From Candidatus Poribacteria bacterium (GTDB lineage: Bacteria > Poribacteria > WGA-4E > WGA-3G): a stretch of DNA of 64,000 bases. The notes beneath the pieces were generated by a model, which was given only the letters and a program-made list of their open reading frames with translations, was not told where the DNA came from and made no database searches. Shown in pieces: positions 31,977 through 41,573 of the stretch (position 1 is the stretch's first letter; each line of letters starts with the position of its first letter). The position numbers and the translations under genes were made by a program. Location: NCBI GenBank assembly GCA_965205025.1, contig CBDBFU010000032.1:96001-160000 (forward strand). Reading direction: 5' to 3'.

Positions 31977-33152
31977 ATGAAGCAATTTATTGATTTATTG
32001 AACAGAGAGAAGAAGACAGTAATTGGATTGATGAGTGGCACTTCTGCAGATGGTGTTGATGTTGCTGTAGTTGACATTGTAGGTTCTGGGTTGAATACGG
32101 AAGTGTGTCTGGTTGCATTTGAAACAATACAGTATAAACCTGAGATACGTACGAGGATATTTGATCTGTTTAGTGTTGAGACAGCAAGGATAGATGAAAT
32201 ATGTAGGATGAATTTCGTGATAGGTAAAATCTTTGCTGAATCTGTTTTAACGGTTTTGGAAAAGATTGGTATGAGTTCAGCACAGATTGATCTGATCGGT
32301 TCACATGGTCAAACGATTCACCACTTACCATTAGGAGAAATCCCTGCGACACTTCAGATTGGAGAACCTGCTGTGATTGCACATGAGACAGGTATTCCAA
32401 CTATAGCTGATTTTCGCGTTGCAGATGTTGCTGCTGGTGGTGAAGGTGCACCGTTGATTGCATATATAGATTATATGCTATTTCACAGTCCAACTGAGAC
32501 AATTGGACTGTTGAACATAGGTGGTATTTCAAATCTGACGGTGTTACCGGTTGGTGGAAGTATTGATGTTGTTCAAGCATCGGATACTGGTCCAGGTAAT
32601 ATGATCTTGGATGCATGTGTTGAAGAGATGACTCATGGAGAAAAGCAGTTTGATGAAGATGGAAAGATGGCTCAGCAAGGTAGTGTATGTAAGCCGCTTT
32701 TGGATATGTGGCTTGCTCATCCGTACTTTGAATTAGCACCCCCGAAAACGACGGGCCGTGAGGCATTTGGTAAATCGTATGCAGTCACTTGCTTACAGCA
32801 GATTAGGACAGAAGGGATATCGGAATATGATGGACTTGCTACGCTTACAGCATTTACAGTAGAGAGTATAGCTGAATATGTAATGCGTTTTGTTGAACCA
32901 AATTCTCCATTGGATATTTTGTATGTCAGTGGAGGTGGGGCACAAAATGCATTTATGATGCGTTGTCTTGCTGAAGTATTTGATCCTATTCCTGTTATGG
33001 ATGTTGGTGAAAAAGGGGTATCTGGTGATGCGAAAGAGGCAATTGCGTTTGCTATTCTTGCGAACGAGGCGGTGTATGGGAATTATGCTAATGTGCCGAA
33101 TGCGACGGGGGCATCGTGTCGGAAGATTTTAGGAAAGTTTGTTTGTCCGTAG
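31977..33152 (+). CDS. anmK: Anhydro-N-acetylmuramic acid kinase
   Basis: IGLMSGTSADGVD, IGSHGQT..H, DFR..D.AAGG.GAPL, NIGGISN, DTGPGN, PKTTGRE and KEA..FA motifs. Confidence 0.95.
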   Translation: MKQFIDLLNREKKTVIGLMSGTSADGVDVAVVDIVGSGLNTEVCLVAFETIQYKPEIRTRIFDLFSVETARIDEICRMNFVIGKIFAESVLTVLEKIGMSSAQIDLIGSHGQTIHHLPLGEIPATLQIGEPAVIAHETGIPTIADFRVADVAAGGEGAPLIAYIDYMLFHSPTETIGLLNIGGISNLTVLPVGGSIDVVQASDTGPGNMILDACVEEMTHGEKQFDEDGKMAQQGSVCKPLLDMWLAHPYFELAPPKTTGREAFGKSYAVTCLQQIRTEGISEYDGLATLTAFTVESIAEYVMRFVEPNSPLDILYVSGGGAQNAFMMRCLAEVFDPIPVMDVGEKGVSGDAKEAIAFAILANEAVYGNYANVPNATGASCRKILGKFVCP

Positions 33153-33206
33153 GTTAGTTTTTTTTTTGATAAATTTCTTTTTTTACCTGCTTTTCTACAC
33201 ATCTTT

Positions 33207-33392
33207 CGCCCCGCGAATCAAGGAATCAACGGTATGAATGCTATTTAGCATTCCCCGGGTATGAATGACATTATGAAGATTAATTTATTAATTCGGTAAT
33301 ATACGGGCGGGTTAACCCCGCCCCTACGATAAGTTTATGGACTGGATTACCGAAATATTTACTTAATACTCATTAGTCATTCCCCGGGACTC
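33207..33392 (+). mobile_element. Nested repeat: REP half + two 34-bp mini-elements + ATGAAGATTAA-TIR MITE (33273-33373) with core GGGCGGGTTAACCCCGCCCCTAC
   Basis: Concentric inverted repeats GAATGAC/GTCATTC, ATGAAGATTAA/TTAATACTCAT and TTCGGTAAT/ATTACCGAA. Confidence 0.8.
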
Positions 33393-33467
33393 AATATCTG
33401 CCGGGTCTATAAGAGCAAAATCATTGGAAAAATGAAGTACATATTTCTATTTTCAAACTCACGTTAT

Positions 33468-34472
33468 TTAAAACAGGATCCGTAGGGAGAGACGGTTACT
33501 GATGCCTAAATCTGGTTGTCGTTGGTATGCGTAGTCAACATGGAATGCAGCACCAGTTAGGAATTGGAGTTGAAGTCCAGCCCCGGCGGTAAAATACATG
33601 GCACGAGTTGTACCGTTTCTTCCATCTAATCCACACCGAAGTGCTAATAGGTCAAACAGGATATATTCCGCGCCGGTATGAAATTCATAGTCATTTCGTG
33701 TATCCATATCTGCTGCTAATGTGAGATGACTGTTGAAGAGTGAAATTTTTTGATGATATGCGAGACCAACTTTTAAGCGAGGTGAGACCGTCTCTGTATG
33801 AGGAGCATCACCTTCATTTTCTGGTGGAGTATTCCAATATAGTTTGGTTGTGAAGAAGTCGCTTGTAACAAGACCGAAAGAGAATGCAGTTGATTTTTCA
33901 GGATCAGTCTTAGCAAGAATACCGAGATCGCTTCCTCCACCGATAGCGTTTGTATTTCGATACGCACCGATATATATGAGTTTAAGACTTGCTCCAAGAT
34001 GGAGAGAGATGTGTTTCTTTAGTTTCTTAATTTGTCGTGCTCCACTGAGTACTAATGCATTGCTTGTATTGCTAAAAGTCCCGATGACATAGGGACGGTT
34101 CTCCGGTCCAATTGCTTTACTGGTAACTGGTATTCCGGTGATTGGTATATCATCTACTCCTACCCGTAGCCAACTAAGTCCCAATGTTGTTTTTGAAGAA
34201 AACGGGTAGATATAGCTTACGACATCATAGGCAGCGAGATCAGCAAGAGTGGCGTGCATAAAGTTAAATTCGTGGTGTGTTAGTTGTGAAATACCAGCGG
34301 GATTATAGTATGTTGTACTGGCTTCATCTGCTATTGCTGTAAATGCGTTTCCCATCCCTAATGGACGTGCCCCAGTTCCTAATGTGAGGAAGTCTGCAGT
34401 ATATGTCTGATTGGCTGCTGCGGGAAGTATTATTATTAAAAGAAAGATATAGATACAAGTTATTTTTTTCAT
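33468..34472 (-). CDS. PorV/PorQ-family outer-membrane beta-barrel
   Basis: Signal peptide, then ADFL.LG.GARPLGMGNAFTAIAD.AS..YYNPAG; C-terminal GAEY...LALR.G...DYAY...LG...R.SL...F. Confidence 0.82.
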   Translation of the reverse strand: MKKITCIYIFLLIIILPAAANQTYTADFLTLGTGARPLGMGNAFTAIADEASTTYYNPAGISQLTHHEFNFMHATLADLAAYDVVSYIYPFSSKTTLGLSWLRVGVDDIPITGIPVTSKAIGPENRPYVIGTFSNTSNALVLSGARQIKKLKKHISLHLGASLKLIYIGAYRNTNAIGGGSDLGILAKTDPEKSTAFSFGLVTSDFFTTKLYWNTPPENEGDAPHTETVSPRLKVGLAYHQKISLFNSHLTLAADMDTRNDYEFHTGAEYILFDLLALRCGLDGRNGTTRAMYFTAGAGLQLQFLTGAAFHVDYAYQRQPDLGISNRLSLRILF

Positions 34473-34535
34473 AAGTTTGTTGTTTGTTTTCAATTTTCAG
34501 TTGTTAGTTTTCAGTTTCCCTCTTTTCAAGATATG

Positions 34536-37500
34536 TTACTTTAGTTTCATCATTTTGAGGATATGGGTTTGATCATCTTCGTCATCAAGACTTTTTACAA
34601 TCATCTTTCCATAGTATACACCGTTTGCTACCTCGTTTCCGTCGTCATCTTTACCATCCCATTTTAGTTGTATAAAGCCTGCGGAGGCTTCAGATTGTAG
34701 TTCTCTGATAAGTCGTCCAGTGAGTGTATATATTTTTACTATGAGTGATTCTGCAGGACGCGTCAATTCACATGTCACTGTAGTATCCGAATTAAATGGG
34801 TTCGGATAATTTAGGGGTTCAACTAATTGTAATTTTCCGTGTACTTGGAAAGCGATTTCACTCTCACCTGTATTTCCATCAAGGTCACTTGCTATAAGTC
34901 TTAGTTGATATTCACGTGGTTCAAGTTCAGGGGAATTATAGGTCAATATCAGTTGGCTTGAACCTGGATGCTGTGTAAGTTTATATTCTGTTTCTGGGAT
35001 TGGCTGAAACTCCCCAAGTTTTCCTAATTCAAGTTGAATGGGTCGGGTGATGTAATCAATCCCTCGCGGATCAGTAAGTGTTGCTTGGACGAGTGGGGAC
35101 GCATCCACGGGATCCCCGGAAACAAAATGCCCTTGATTGCCAACGGTCAACTGTATGTTAGGAGGAACTGTATCCTCACTTTGTAGACAAGTAATTGTAC
35201 CTAAGTATGATGTGGTTGATTGAATAGTTCCAACCGGAGAGGTATTGAACAGGAATCGATCTCCTGGTGTAAACGGGGTTGTTCCGTGTGTTATCAGTAG
35301 GTTCATTCCATAGTCCTTATACTCATAAGGTTTACCCACTGTGCCGTATACTGGTACCCCGTTGTTTTGTAATATTCCTGTGTTTTTTCCTTCGATCTGA
35401 TACTGGTTTTCTGTAACAAAGAGGATAAGCCAAGAATCCTGTGGTATCTTTGTATTTGTGGATAAATCCAGATATTGAATTGTTCCATTTCCGGCGTTAC
35501 GTGAAGTAAAAGAAGAAGCGAATAACTGTGAGACTTCTTCACCAGGTGCTTCAAGTTTTGCGATACGAAAGCGCATCATATCACCGAATTGAAATGGAAT
35601 CTCCCCCTCTTGTATTTCTAATAAGAAATTAGGTATATCTTCAATTGTTACCCCAAATACGCTGGTAAAGGATGTAATAGGTATTCCTCTTGCGATTTCT
35701 TTTAATTGGGGTTTGCCTACCAGATTCTCATTGGAAGTTTGATCAGTTAAGAAGAGAACTCTACAAGTATGCGTCGAGTCAAATAGGAGTATCCATGTCC
35801 CCGTATCAACACCGTCGGATGGTATAATGACATCATTGAGGGCAGCATCGGTATTATTTTTTGCTCTGATACCAGTTGCGCGTATAGCGGTATATATACT
35901 ACCATTCGTATGTTTTTTGACTTTAGACTCGAGTCGTGTCCAGTTTGCTATTTCATCAAGCCAAAGATAAGCACCAAGGGTTTGTGTTCTTGCTTGGATA
36001 GCAGTATTAATAGTTTCCTCAATATCGGACATTTCGTGTGTTACATCAACATCACTCCCAAACAGTTCACGAATAATTTCGTGCTGAAGTGCAGTAAAAT
36101 CGAAATCAAGTTCTATGGAAACAGGAGTTTGTAGTTTAAATGTGTTTCTTGTTTCTTTGAATTCAGAGTTTTTTATTTGGAGTGTGTATCCGAGCATAGA
36201 AGGTTCATTTGGGAATGTCACTGGTATAAGTGTTCCGGCTTGTAGATGACTTTTCTCTTTATTGCTAACAGATGAGAAGACCGGTTCAGATTTTCTGGCA
36301 ATCTCTCGTGCATTTCCCGTCCCACCAATAGCATAATCTTCGTCACTAAATGTTGTATCTGGTATTATTGATGAGATATTGAGGACAGTAGTTTTGTTTT
36401 GAATAACACCTGCTGGAAGGTTGATTCTTAATCCCCCATCAATACTTGCGACTCGTGCGGGACCTCCTCCAATAATGTTGCTTGAGACAGCAAGCTGTCT
36501 GTATCCGATATTATCATTCTCATTATTTTCCTTTACTTTCCCGTTTTCATCTGCTTCGTTAAAAACAGGATCAACATAGACGAAGACGTCGTGTGTACCT
36601 GTTCTCAATGATATGGGAATAATAACAGTAGCAATTGGGTTGATATTTAGCGGGTTGGGTATGTAGGCATTGGATCGATTGTTTAGTGGATTTCGTACCA
36701 CCCAATTCTTCGGTGTAATTTGTGTTTTACCGAGTATATGGGCGTCTTCATCAACGATGCCGTTATTATCAATATCTGGATTACCACTGAAAAATACGAC
36801 CTCTATATCCACATCGGATAATCCTAATACAGAAAGTAAATCATTTTCTGAATCAATTTTATCAGAGGAGTTTGCTGTGCCTACTAATTCAATATCAGCA
36901 GATAATACATATTCTTGCTCTCCATCTTCAGGATTCCCCACCTCATAATTGATCTGCGTTATGTTTTCCTCACGACTTGCAGCAACAGAAAGATTTGGAA
37001 AGGTATATGGATAGAAGCGGAGGATTTCAGATCTGATAGATTGTCCATCTGTATCTGTCACTTGGATATCATAACGTAATGCGGAACCATCAGTAGGAAC
37101 AGGTAATGCCTGAGGAATTTTCCACCATCTTGCGGTTGCTATATTAGGTTCATTAGTTTCAGGGCCTGATTGTGTAGGAATTAGTGATATTATTTCCCAA
37201 TTAGCAGTATTTGGATTACGCCATTCTAATTTAACAGAATCAACAGCTTTTTCATCGTCAGACACGCGAACAAATAGGTCAATCACATCCTCACCAGATG
37301 TTTTTGTAGTGAGTATTGGTTTTATATCAAGTATTTTTGGTATTTTGACAGTGAAACCGTCCCCACCGACAGCGATTTCAGTATTGTTTTCTGCATAGTA
37401 TTCAACGTGTGCATCACCAGCGGCAATGTTATTCGGTACATCTATTTCCACTGCAGGATAGCTTCCGTTTTTTACAGATATTGTTTTTGTTTTTATAACA

Positions 37501-40500
37501 TCTCCGGAGTAGAACTCTTTAGGGGCTCCAGTCTTATCTACACCGACTGATTGTTGTCCTGGGAAGACAACTTTGACAGTCAATTCTCCATTAAAGTTTG
37601 TATTTCGCGTGAATTTCTTCTGTTTTACAATAGGATCATAGCTTGCAGTCTGTATATATCCGTGTTCGATTTTTACAGTATCCCCAACTTTAACCGTCTT
37701 TGTCTGAATTGCGGGTAAGATTTCATAATCCGCCATAGCAATGTGCATAGCAGGATCACCGAATAGTGTATATTCCAGCATAATATCAAGTTGTCCAGTG
37801 CCTTGGGTTAGCAGATATTCAAGTTTGGAGTCAAAGCTTAGGGGTCCCAGTTGTCTAATATTACGTTTGAATAGCATATCAAATATGATCTGGTTTAGAT
37901 CTTCATTTCCACTGCCGTAAGTTAATCGAGTAGCACTGAGCATCCCTATGATTCCGCCTCTTTCTTTCCTTAGGAGTTTTTCAGCCAAACTCGGTTCACC
38001 CGGTTCATCAAAATATCCGTTATAACAACTCAAGACCAACATAAACGGCAGATGGTCTGTTTCTTTAACGTCATCAACATAAGCATTTCCGAAGATGGCT
38101 TCGTGTGCCCAGACAATATTTCCACCGTGTCCGGCGTATTGTGCGATAGCTGCTCCTTCCCCCAAAGCCTTAATAATCCTATCTCTTGCGACATGTCGAG
38201 GTAGAGTACTGGGAAATTGTTCAGGATTCGCCTCAACTTCATCTATTACATCTTCAAGATAAATCTCAATTGTTTCATATCCGAGGCGAGTATGGTTTTT
38301 TGCAATTTCGTTTAGACTCTTTTTAAAGATGTGATCACCGGGGTTATTCACCTCATCATCGGCAACAGATATAATGCGTCTTCTCCATGTACCATTTGGT
38401 CGTTTCGATTCGTAATTAATGATTTTATCAACAACAGCATCAGCTTCAGTCTGAGTTTCAACGGCGAGTCTCCCGATATATAAATCGACAAACTCATCAT
38501 GTCCTGAGACTGTAGCATACCAATGGTCAGTTGAAGTTCTACCATACGAATCTGTAGTGATGTAATGTGTAGGTATATATCCTGTGAGTTCAGGTGGTTC
38601 TGAATATATATCTTTATCTATACCTCGGAAATCGAAAGTGCCATCTCCTAAGATAACCATATATAAGAGTGCTGGAGGAGTCCAATTATGATAGGCATAG
38701 GTAAGGAAATTCTTTATCCAGATAGGATGGACTTTCCCGTCTCCAAATGTATTGTAAACATCGTTTATATCAACAACTTTTGTTCTATGTCCGCCTCCTC
38801 GTTGTGTGGATCGCCAGTTTGCTAACCTATCTGCTTGTTCTCGATATGTTGCATGGGTCAAGATAAGGTAGTCGACACTGTTCAGAGTGTTTCGTAGGTC
38901 GTTGGGTTGTATTGTTTCAATTTTAGCAGGTTTCCGAAGGGCTGAATTTGAAACAGCGATAAACTCAGTTGTTCTTGTATCTGGTATCTGAAAAATTGCG
39001 GAATATGTACTATTGGGAACACTTCTGAGATCTCCAGAATTTAATGCCCTTAGACGATCCTGCATTTCATGATTGACATTCTGCTGTAATATATTTACGC
39101 CTTGCAGCTTTGCAGTAAGAGTATTTCCGTCAGTTTCAAAAACATTAATTTTCGGATCAAGAAATGCATCAATCCGAAATTGGTGTATTCTCCCTTTCTT
39201 TTCTTCCTCACCCACTGTTTTAATGGGAGTACCAAATCGGAGTTCATCATTAACGGCTAAGAATAGTCGTGTATAATCCACCCAAAAGCGATTTAAGTAT
39301 ATATGATATGGATATCTCTTTGTGTCTTCTTCAAAAGTGCTATCGACTCGTGTTAGAGAAAGGATATTATTTTCGCCTTGCGAGGTATCTTTAAGGTTAT
39401 TCCAAACGCGAAGATTTTTTGAGAGAGTTACTTGCGATTGCAAATCCCATTTTGCGAGATCAATTTTAACACCGTTTACAGAAGCCAATATTTCATGGAA
39501 TACAGGTGTTCCTCCTTGTAATACGACGTGTATTTGTGGAGCATCGAAGCTTTTTGCTATATCGTGGAGTTGGAATTCATGTCTGAGTTCTCCTATATCA
39601 CTTGCATTTTTGATACCGTCCCAATACCAAAAGTCTAATGCGTCAAACCATTTATGTTTATCCCCATCTGAAACGACATCTGGATCAACGAATTCAAGGT
39701 TATTTGTGAGGTGATCCTCCTCAAAAATGACTCTTGACCGAAAAGTTGGGACTTGAACGGCGGTTGCATCGCTTGGACTTGCTTCAATTTGTGGCACACG
39801 TGATGGTAGTTGTCTATCGGATGATATCGTTAGCCAGTATACATTCCACAATGTATATGCATTTTTGGGATAGGGATTATCGGGATCTGTTGTGCCATGG
39901 GCGAGGAAGAAAATAGCATCGTTTGCATCAAAACTTCGATCTCCCGCGCCGCTAATATAGATAGGTATTTCTTGATCTGCATGTGAAAGTTGTATTTTCT
40001 GTGGATCAATACCGATGAGATTAATATCCCAATCGGTATGGAGTGATGCTGCTGAGACACTGTATATACCGGTCCTATCAATATACAATTTATAGCGTGT
40101 TTGATTTGATTTGTCATTTAATCCTGGTGCAGCGGGAGCAGATGGTACGTTTCCATTCTGAATATATGAAGGACGTTTTGTCTGAAAACCTGTGTTAAAG
40201 ATCTTTTTATAGTCTGAATAGTTGTGGATATGATGTGTTAGTGAATGCTTGTTGGAATTTAGACGTTCCTGTGAATTTGATAAAATAGAATTTAGTCTTG
40301 CTTCATTTCCAAGTTTAGATAGTTGTGATTGAAAAGGAATAGAGACTGTGAGACTGGTGTAAGACTGAAGTATACGTGTTTGTATATTGTATTGTACTGG
40401 ATGTAGTGCTAATGTAATGACGCGTTGAGAACGTATGTATCCATCCATTTCTATACGTGCCAAGACTGAAGGATAGAGATGAGAATGAGTAGATACATTT

Positions 40501-40961
40501 TCTTTATCAACTGGGAGTTTCACACCGTTGCGAGTTTGCAGAAAACCTGCATGAACTGATATGTCAGTATTGTTTAGTTTTACATCGGGAGGTATTGCTA
40601 AAAGCAGCCGTGTTGCAGGTAATTTTGGATAACCTGGATCTTGTATCCAATCACAATCTGAATAATGAACTGTATCATATACGATGTTTTCTTGCGGATT
40701 ACCATTGTTTACATCATGGGAAACTCTACTGACATGGAGTTGGGGTAATTTAAAAGTTACTGTTATACCGTCTTGGGTTGTGACATGGGAGACATCCGCA
40801 TATATGTCAGTATTAAAGGTGAATAAAACTCCCGCGAATGTGAGAAAATACAATAAAATTGCCCAGATGTGGGTTTTGGAGGTAATTACATTTTTAAAGG
40901 AAAATGATTTGATTTTTTTGTGATATATGAAAATATGATTTTGATGATTAATCTTGAGCAT
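34536..40961 (-). CDS. Peptidase C25 (gingipain/PorU-like) protein with propeptide and C-terminal FlgD-Ig/T9SS-like sorting domain
   Basis: PG.PKLP propeptide, GIYSV, DYLILTH, LGDGTFD, SxD.WY, IGRL, catalytic YAGHGG and LSCYNG, YTLFGDPA; C-terminal NYPNPFN...IYT..GRLI...WDGKD..G..VANGVY...KMMKLK. Confidence 0.88.
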   Translation of the reverse strand: MLKINHQNHIFIYHKKIKSFSFKNVITSKTHIWAILLYFLTFAGVLFTFNTDIYADVSHVTTQDGITVTFKLPQLHVSRVSHDVNNGNPQENIVYDTVHYSDCDWIQDPGYPKLPATRLLLAIPPDVKLNNTDISVHAGFLQTRNGVKLPVDKENVSTHSHLYPSVLARIEMDGYIRSQRVITLALHPVQYNIQTRILQSYTSLTVSIPFQSQLSKLGNEARLNSILSNSQERLNSNKHSLTHHIHNYSDYKKIFNTGFQTKRPSYIQNGNVPSAPAAPGLNDKSNQTRYKLYIDRTGIYSVSAASLHTDWDINLIGIDPQKIQLSHADQEIPIYISGAGDRSFDANDAIFFLAHGTTDPDNPYPKNAYTLWNVYWLTISSDRQLPSRVPQIEASPSDATAVQVPTFRSRVIFEEDHLTNNLEFVDPDVVSDGDKHKWFDALDFWYWDGIKNASDIGELRHEFQLHDIAKSFDAPQIHVVLQGGTPVFHEILASVNGVKIDLAKWDLQSQVTLSKNLRVWNNLKDTSQGENNILSLTRVDSTFEEDTKRYPYHIYLNRFWVDYTRLFLAVNDELRFGTPIKTVGEEEKKGRIHQFRIDAFLDPKINVFETDGNTLTAKLQGVNILQQNVNHEMQDRLRALNSGDLRSVPNSTYSAIFQIPDTRTTEFIAVSNSALRKPAKIETIQPNDLRNTLNSVDYLILTHATYREQADRLANWRSTQRGGGHRTKVVDINDVYNTFGDGKVHPIWIKNFLTYAYHNWTPPALLYMVILGDGTFDFRGIDKDIYSEPPELTGYIPTHYITTDSYGRTSTDHWYATVSGHDEFVDLYIGRLAVETQTEADAVVDKIINYESKRPNGTWRRRIISVADDEVNNPGDHIFKKSLNEIAKNHTRLGYETIEIYLEDVIDEVEANPEQFPSTLPRHVARDRIIKALGEGAAIAQYAGHGGNIVWAHEAIFGNAYVDDVKETDHLPFMLVLSCYNGYFDEPGEPSLAEKLLRKERGGIIGMLSATRLTYGSGNEDLNQIIFDMLFKRNIRQLGPLSFDSKLEYLLTQGTGQLDIMLEYTLFGDPAMHIAMADYEILPAIQTKTVKVGDTVKIEHGYIQTASYDPIVKQKKFTRNTNFNGELTVKVVFPGQQSVGVDKTGAPKEFYSGDVIKTKTISVKNGSYPAVEIDVPNNIAAGDAHVEYYAENNTEIAVGGDGFTVKIPKILDIKPILTTKTSGEDVIDLFVRVSDDEKAVDSVKLEWRNPNTANWEIISLIPTQSGPETNEPNIATARWWKIPQALPVPTDGSALRYDIQVTDTDGQSIRSEILRFYPYTFPNLSVAASREENITQINYEVGNPEDGEQEYVLSADIELVGTANSSDKIDSENDLLSVLGLSDVDIEVVFFSGNPDIDNNGIVDEDAHILGKTQITPKNWVVRNPLNNRSNAYIPNPLNINPIATVIIPISLRTGTHDVFVYVDPVFNEADENGKVKENNENDNIGYRQLAVSSNIIGGGPARVASIDGGLRINLPAGVIQNKTTVLNISSIIPDTTFSDEDYAIGGTGNAREIARKSEPVFSSVSNKEKSHLQAGTLIPVTFPNEPSMLGYTLQIKNSEFKETRNTFKLQTPVSIELDFDFTALQHEIIRELFGSDVDVTHEMSDIEETINTAIQARTQTLGAYLWLDEIANWTRLESKVKKHTNGSIYTAIRATGIRAKNNTDAALNDVIIPSDGVDTGTWILLFDSTHTCRVLFLTDQTSNENLVGKPQLKEIARGIPITSFTSVFGVTIEDIPNFLLEIQEGEIPFQFGDMMRFRIAKLEAPGEEVSQLFASSFTSRNAGNGTIQYLDLSTNTKIPQDSWLILFVTENQYQIEGKNTGILQNNGVPVYGTVGKPYEYKDYGMNLLITHGTTPFTPGDRFLFNTSPVGTIQSTTSYLGTITCLQSEDTVPPNIQLTVGNQGHFVSGDPVDASPLVQATLTDPRGIDYITRPIQLELGKLGEFQPIPETEYKLTQHPGSSQLILTYNSPELEPREYQLRLIASDLDGNTGESEIAFQVHGKLQLVEPLNYPNPFNSDTTVTCELTRPAESLIVKIYTLTGRLIRELQSEASAGFIQLKWDGKDDDGNEVANGVYYGKMIVKSLDDEDDQTHILKMMKLK

Positions 40962-40974
40962 TATCTTGCCTTAA

Positions 40975-40995
40975 TTAGTTGTTAGTTGTTAGTTG
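40975..40995 (+). repeat. Heptamer tandem repeat (TTAGTTG)x3 just upstream of the C25 gene
   Basis: Read directly; degenerate heptamer runs also occur at about 34490-34516 and 31602-31645. Confidence 0.6.
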
Positions 40996-41163
40996 ATAAT
41001 TGTTTCCGTTTAACAGTGGCATTTTCAGAGTAAAGGTTTTTGGCACTCAACTTCATCCTGCAATTGTATCTGGATACCAATATTTTTCCCAAGTATTGTT
41101 CATTTGTATACATCTCAACTCCATTATTGCATTGTGACCTTCATCTGTCAATCTCATAATTAT

Positions 41164-41310
41164 ATTAGATGTATGGCTATTGTGAATGGAAAAAGTGTTA
41201 ATTTTTGTCGTATTGAAATGGTTGCCCTTTCACGGAAACCTTCACGGAGCAATTTTACGAGCCCTTATTCTATAAGGGTTTAAATTTTAATTAGACCGAT
41301 TTTCCGTGAA
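41164..41310 (+). repeat. About 105-bp dispersed repeat; second, truncated copy at 48831-48936
   Basis: ATTAGATGTATGG...TTCACGGAAAC.TTCACGGAGCAATTTTACGA.CCCTTATTC is shared by both sites. Confidence 0.75.
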
Positions 41311-41421
41311 TCACATTCGTTAATTTAATTATAACTTAAGTACTTATATGTTTTTCATACGAAATGTATTGGGACATAGCACTCCGCTGGAGTGCCAGAT
41401 TGTTCCGATATTGTTTTCTAT

Positions 41422-41573
41422 AACGTGAGTTTGATAAATCATATTTTTAAATTCGAATCAACGGTATGAATGCTATTTAGCATTCCCCGTGGTTAGGAAA
41501 CCGCACCTACCGGGCGTATAGGAGTAATATTTTAGGAAAATGAAACTTATTTGCCTATTATCAAACTCACGTT
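41422..41573. mobile_element. 152-bp MITE with 16-bp TIR AACGTGAGTTTGATAA and 6-bp target duplication TTCTAT
   Basis: TIRs at 41422-37 and 41558-73; TTCTAT at 41416-21 and 41574-79; contains the 34-bp element and a REP. Related ends occur at about 305-318, 33450-33465, 45803-45837 and 51391-51405. Confidence 0.85.
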
